DNA from: Chryseobacterium sp.
GTDB taxonomy: Bacteria > Bacteroidota > Bacteroidia > Flavobacteriales > Weeksellaceae
Assembly (NCBI GenBank): GCA_017989575.1
Contig: JAGNPP010000001.1
Span: 1 to 32,078, forward strand
Reading direction: 5' to 3'
DNA: 32,078 bases
Positions 27,948 to 32,078 of the stretch are shown piece by piece; position 1 is the first letter of the stretch, and each line of letters starts with the position of its first letter. The notes under the pieces are model-generated. The model saw only the letters and a list, made by a program, of their open reading frames with translations, did not search any database and was not told where the DNA came from. Position numbers and translations under genes: made by a program.

Positions 27948-29216
27948 ATGAAGATGAACGAAACGATGACATTCCCAACCTTGGAAGCGGTAAAAGAAGC
28001 CCGAAAAAGTATAGAAAATGTCGTGAATTACACGCCTTTGCAATACAATGCGAGATTGTCAGAAAAATTTGGAGCGAATATTTTTCTTAAAAGAGAAGAT
28101 TTGCAACCCGTGAGGTCGTACAAATTGCGAGGTGCTTACAATAAAATCAAAACGCTTTTCAACGAAGGCAAAGTTTCTCAAGGAATAGTTTGCGCCAGCG
28201 CAGGAAATCACGCACAAGGCGTTGCTTTTTCGTGCAAGCAACTCCAAATCAAAGGAACGATTTTTATGCCGGTCACAACTCCAAAACAAAAGCTGGAGCA
28301 AGTCGAAATGTTTGGTGGAAATTTCGCTGAAATCCGATTGGTTGGTGATACATTTGATGCTTCAAAAACTGCGGCTTTTGAGTTTGCGGAAACTTCGGGA
28401 GCGGCTTTTATTCATCCATTTGATGATGTTCAGATTATCGAAGGTCAGGCGACTTTGGCTTTGGAAATTTTGGAACAGCAGAAAGATGATATTGATTTCA
28501 TCTTCATTCCGATTGGTGGTGGCGGTTTGGCTTCCGGAATTGCAACGGTTTTTGACGAACTATCAAAAGAAACTAAATTGATTGGCGTAGAGCCAAAAGG
28601 CGCACCTTCGATGAGATTGTCCATTCAAAATGATATCAATACAGAGTTGTCGGAAATCGATAATTTTGTGGATGGTGCAGCGGTGAAAAGAGTAGGCGAT
28701 TTGACTTTTGAGATTTGCAAAAAATCACTTACAGATTGTATTCCTGTGGATGAAGGGAAGATTTGTGATACGATTCTTCAATTGTATAACAAGGATGCAA
28801 TTGTTTTGGAACCGGCAGGAGCGCTTTCTATTTCGGCTTTGGAACAATACTGCAATCAAATCAAAGGGAAAAATGTGGTTTGCATTGTCAGCGGAAGTAA
28901 TAACGATATTACCAGAATGGAGGAAATTAAAGAACGTGCTTTGCTTTACAATGGTTTGAAACATTATTTTATGGTCAAATTTCCGCAACGTCCGGGTTCT
29001 CTTAAAGATTTTGTTCTGAATGTCCTCGGCCCCAATGACGACATCACCCATTTCGAATACACCAAGAAAAATTCAAGGGAAACCGCTTTGGCAATCGTCG
29101 GAATCGAACTTTCCAATCCTTCCGATTTTGATGGCTTGAAACAAAGAATGCACGAGCTCGGCTACTTCGAATCTTATCTTAATGATAATCCTGATGTGCT
29201 CAGTATGCTTGTTTAA
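27948..29216 (+). CDS. ilvA: Threonine ammonia-lyase, biosynthetic, short form
   Basis: KREDLQPVRSYKLRGAYN, SAGNHAQG, PIGGGGL, EPAGA, C-terminal ACT domain FPQRPGSL. The start could be one of the next in-frame ATGs. Confidence 0.96.
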   Translation: MKMNETMTFPTLEAVKEARKSIENVVNYTPLQYNARLSEKFGANIFLKREDLQPVRSYKLRGAYNKIKTLFNEGKVSQGIVCASAGNHAQGVAFSCKQLQIKGTIFMPVTTPKQKLEQVEMFGGNFAEIRLVGDTFDASKTAAFEFAETSGAAFIHPFDDVQIIEGQATLALEILEQQKDDIDFIFIPIGGGGLASGIATVFDELSKETKLIGVEPKGAPSMRLSIQNDINTELSEIDNFVDGAAVKRVGDLTFEICKKSLTDCIPVDEGKICDTILQLYNKDAIVLEPAGALSISALEQYCNQIKGKNVVCIVSGSNNDITRMEEIKERALLYNGLKHYFMVKFPQRPGSLKDFVLNVLGPNDDITHFEYTKKNSRETALAIVGIELSNPSDFDGLKQRMHELGYFESYLNDNPDVLSMLV

Positions 29217-29235
29217 TCATCAATTCAAATAAATC

Positions 29236-29261
29236 AAACTCCGGCAATCGTCGGAGTTTTT
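29236..29261 (+). terminator. Intrinsic terminator after ilvA
   Basis: aaactccggc-aatc-gtcggagttt plus T tail. Confidence 0.8.
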
Positions 29262-29348
29262 CGTTCTTATCGTACATCAATGTGCAAGGATTTTGAAAGC
29301 TGGAAATTTGTGTTATTAAAAAAGTCAAACACTTTAAATCAATCAAAA

Positions 29349-30063
29349 ATGAAAACAGTTTATCATAGATCAGACAGCAGAGGTTACGCCAATCACGGTT
29401 GGTTAAAAAGCCATCACACCTTTTTTTGCTAATTATCAGAATCAAGAAAGGATCCATTTTGGCGTTCTCAGAGTTTTGAATGACGATTTTGTTCAAGGCG
29501 GAATGGGATTCGGCAGACATCCGCACCGAGATATGGAAATTATCTCTATTCCGTTGGAAGGTGAGTTGCGTCACAGCGACAATATGGGCAACTCCGGAAT
29601 CATCAAAAAAGGCGATATCCAAGTGATGTCTGCCGGAACCGGAATTATGCACAGTGAAGAAAATGCGACAGAGCAACCCGTAAAATTTCTTCAGATCTGG
29701 ATCATCCCGAATAAAACCGACGTTACGCCAAGATACGACCAGGTCAGCATCGAAGAGAATTCTGTTAAGAATGATTTCCAACAAATTCTATCTCCTAATG
29801 CAGATGACGCAGGCGTTTGGATTCATCAAGATGCTTGGTTCAATTTGGCAAAGTTTGACAAAGGTTTTTCCAAAGAATATAAAATTAACAAGCCTGGAAA
29901 CGGCGTTTACGCTTTTGTGATCAAAGGTTCGGCGAAGATTGGCGAGCAGGTTCTGGATGAGCGAGACGGTTTCGGAATTTGGGACACAGAAAGTTTTGTT
30001 TTGGAAGCAGAGAAGGATTCCGAAATCCTATTGATGGAGGTTCCAATGCAATTGCCGCAATAA
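29349..30063 (+). pseudogene. Pirin/YhhW-family bicupin gene interrupted by a frameshift (pseudogene or sequence error)
   Basis: ATG 29349 gives MKTVYHRSDSRGYANHGWLKSHHTF, then T7 (29421-29427) and TAA at 29430; the +1 frame continues ANYQNQERIHFGVLRVLNDD...HPHRDMEI...HSDNMGN...MSAGTGIMHSE...LQIW to 30063. Confidence 0.85.
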
Positions 30064-30132
30064 TTTCAAACTTTATATTTTTTTTTAAGAAATTACCGCA
30101 AAAAGGGTACAGCATTTGTCCTCAAAAAATCT

Positions 30133-30140
30133 TAAATTTG
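30133..30140 (+). promoter_or_regulatory. Candidate -7 promoter element for purD
   Basis: TAAATTTG matches TAnnTTTG, 116 nt upstream of the ATG. Confidence 0.5.
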
Positions 30141-30256
30141 GCACTTTAAAAAGTGAAACTGAAAACTGGATGAAATGTTGAGATTTCAGAATTCTTTAAC
30201 CACAAGAAAATGACTTTTAGCATTGCATTTAATAAAAAAGAATTAAATATTTACAA

Positions 30257-31495
30257 ATGAGATTACTTATTGTAGGAAACGGTGGCCGTGCTTCAGCCTT
30301 AGCTTTGAAACTGAGCGAAGACAGCAGAATTACAAAGATGTATTTTGCGCCAGGAAACGCCACTACCGAAAAATTGGGAGAAAATATCAACGAAACCGAT
30401 ATTTTGGCACTTAGAGATTTTGCAATTCAACACAAAGTGGACCTTACCATCGTAGGCCCGGAAGCACCGCTTGTAGAAGGCATCGTGGACGAATTCAAAA
30501 AAGTAGATCTCAAGGTTTTCGGTCCTTCAAAAAAGGCAGCTTCTTTGGAAGGCAGTAAATCTTTTTCTAAGAAATTTATGCAGACTTACGGTATCAAAAC
30601 CGCAAAAGCCGTCATTTTCGATTCGTACGTAGAAGCTAAAGAATATTTGCAAACTCAGGAATTTCCTTTGGTGATCAAGGCTAGCGGACTTGCTGGCGGA
30701 AAAGGTGTTGTGATCGCAGAAGACCTGGAAGAAGCAGAAGGCACGATCCACGATTTTATGAGCAAAAGGATTTTCGGAGACGCTGGTATTCAGGTAGTGA
30801 TCGAGGAATTTCTTCAAGGTTTTGAAGCTTCGATTATCGGGGTTTCGAATGGTGAAAAATTATTTCCATTCGTTGCTGCAAAAGATTATAAAAAAGCTGG
30901 CAACGGCGACAAAGGTCCAAACACAGGTGGTATGGGTTCTGTAGCACCAAGTCCGGAATATACGGAAGCGCACAACGCAGATTTTATTCAGAATATTATG
31001 AATCCGACGGTGGAAGGTCTTAAAAAAGAAGGTCTTAGCTTCAAAGGATTTATTTTCTTCGGATTGATGGTTACCAAAAATGGGACTTACCTTTTGGAAT
31101 ACAATATGAGATTGGGAGATCCGGAAACTCAGGTTCTTTTGCCACTTTTGGAAAACAATTTGGTAGATGTGATCGAGGATTGTCTTCAAGGCAGAGAATT
31201 GGATCTTAAATTTAAGAATCAAAAAGCAGTTTGCTTGGTAGTTTGCTCTGGCGGTTACCCAAAAAACCACGAGACTGGTTATGAGATAACTGGTGTGGAG
31301 AAAGTGAAAAACAGCACCGTTCTTTACGCTGGTGCAGATTACAGAGGCAGCAGAGTGGTTTCCACAGGCGGACGAGTGTTGAACATCGTGGCTTTGGGAG
31401 ATACTTACGACGAGGCACGCAAAAAAGTTTACGAGGACGCCATCCCAGTACACTTCGACTACGCCTTTTACCGAGACGATATTGCGAAATTTTAA
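30257..31495 (+). CDS. purD: Phosphoribosylamine--glycine ligase
   Basis: VGNGGR, APGNA, VGPEAPL, LEGSK, KASGLAGGKGV, DYKK...GPNTGGMG, EYNMRLGDPETQ, GGRVL, YRDDI. Confidence 0.97.
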   Translation: MRLLIVGNGGRASALALKLSEDSRITKMYFAPGNATTEKLGENINETDILALRDFAIQHKVDLTIVGPEAPLVEGIVDEFKKVDLKVFGPSKKAASLEGSKSFSKKFMQTYGIKTAKAVIFDSYVEAKEYLQTQEFPLVIKASGLAGGKGVVIAEDLEEAEGTIHDFMSKRIFGDAGIQVVIEEFLQGFEASIIGVSNGEKLFPFVAAKDYKKAGNGDKGPNTGGMGSVAPSPEYTEAHNADFIQNIMNPTVEGLKKEGLSFKGFIFFGLMVTKNGTYLLEYNMRLGDPETQVLLPLLENNLVDVIEDCLQGRELDLKFKNQKAVCLVVCSGGYPKNHETGYEITGVEKVKNSTVLYAGADYRGSRVVSTGGRVLNIVALGDTYDEARKKVYEDAIPVHFDYAFYRDDIAKF

Positions 31496-31500
31496 AATAT

Positions 31501-31535
31501 AAAGAGATGTTGGGCAACTAGCGTCTCTTTTTTTT
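31501..31535 (+). terminator. Intrinsic terminator after purD
   Basis: aaagagatgttg-ggcaac-tagcgtctcttt with T8 tail. Confidence 0.8.
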
Positions 31536-31536
31536 A

Positions 31537-31646
31537 GGAGCTTGATCCCGCTTTCCGCTATATCTTTTTTTGTTTACGACGTTTTGTCATCAGTACAAAC
31601 TTTCCTAAAAACAAAAAAAGGATGCCGTTGCAATCGGGGCTATGGG
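31537..31646 (+). repeat. Family A structured repeat, copy 4 (uninterrupted)
   Basis: ggagcttgatcccgctttccgctatatcttttttt gttt...aaacaaaaaaaggatgccgttgcaatcggggctatggg. Confidence 0.85.
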
Positions 31647-31729
31647 TTTTCCATATAGATTGAAGATTTGTCGATCAATAGAACATTTACAGATATTAAA
31701 AGTTATAAAATTATAATCAAAACACAAAT

Positions 31730-31814
31730 TTTATCATTCCGTAGGAAACCTAACGAAATGGTTCGACAAAGTCAATCTAGCCAAAATTTGTTGAGATTCT
31801 TACGGAATGACAAA
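31730..31814. repeat. Family C palindrome, copy 2, with a 28-nt insert (31748-31775)
   Basis: tttatcattccgtaggaa[insert]tct ... agattcttacggaatgacaaa. Confidence 0.8.
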
Positions 31815-31958
31815 GTGAATTAAAATCTTTGATGAGTTAGAAGTTTATACTGAGCTTGCCGAAGTACCTTTGCGAAACTTAAAAATATTTTCAATAAGTT
31901 CAGAAAAATCTTGCGGACTTTGTGTTTAAGAATTAATCAATAAGAATTAATTTTACTA

Positions 31959-31993
31959 TCAACTATCAACTATCAACCACCAACTGTCAACCA
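31959..31993 (+). repeat. 7-nt tandem repeat (tcaacYR) x5
   Basis: tcaacta tcaacta tcaacca ccaactg tcaacca, ending 7 nt before ATG 32001. Confidence 0.7.
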
Positions 31994-32000
31994 TAATAAG

Positions 32001-32078
32001 ATGCCTTGGAATCCTGACACATACGACCAGTTCAAAACAGAACGCTCAGCGCCCTTTTTTGACCTAATGAATCTCGTA
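32001..32078 (+). CDS. tam: Start of a trans-aconitate 2-methyltransferase-like SAM methyltransferase (truncated by the window edge)
   Basis: MPWNPDTYDQFKTERSAPFFDLMNLV resembles the Tam N-terminus W.P..Y..F..ER..P..DL; only 26 codons visible. Confidence 0.65.
   Translation, partial: MPWNPDTYDQFKTERSAPFFDLMNLV

Noticed and set aside
29476-30063. Stand-alone 195-aa pirin starting at TTG 29476
   Set aside because: The conserved N-terminus (RG.ANHGWL.S.HTF) is encoded upstream in another frame from ATG 29349.
30141-30256. Purine or ZTP riboswitch in the purD leader
   Set aside because: No recognisable aptamer consensus or expression-platform terminator by eye; an Rfam scan would settle it.
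561-31517. Many short overlapping or antisense ORFs in the track (e.g. 11965-12525, 13583-14068, 29200-29784, 30860-31453)
   Set aside because: They overlap well-supported genes and lack recognisable motifs; shadow ORFs.
1-32078. Autonomous mobile element, prophage, defence system, tRNA or rRNA
   Set aside because: Every long ORF has a housekeeping, transport or carbohydrate-use assignment; no transposase, integrase, RT, nuclease or cloverleaf was seen.

Overview
AT-rich Bacteroidota chromosomal window, probably Flavobacteriia/Weeksellaceae (Chryseobacterium/Epilithonimonas-like; inferred from SusC/SusD genes, TAnnTTTG promoters and gene style). Left to right: a minus-strand AAA+ ATPase (truncated by the window edge) and VWA protein pair, then metG; a plus-strand starch/maltodextrin utilisation locus (SusC, SusD, two SusE/F-like lipoproteins, GH97, an interposed bile-acid:sodium-symporter-family gene, GH13, a secreted SnoaL-like protein, an MFS sugar permease); a branched-chain amino acid cluster (Ile/Leu/Val leader-peptide attenuator, ilvE, ilvD, ilvB, ilvN, ilvC, an orphan twin ABC ATPase, ilvA); a frameshifted pirin gene; purD; and the start of a tam-like methyltransferase. 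No tRNA, rRNA, CRISPR, integrase or transposase gene was seen. The protein content is mostly ordinary. The unusual signal is intergenic: several families of palindromic repeats, a recurring 28-nt unit (variable 14-nt half plus conserved TTCGACGAAGTCAA-like half) nested at AA^TC sites inside two different hairpin families, a duplicated 350-390 bp composite repeat module, and an indel-free 10 x 21-bp array. All alignments were done by eye.
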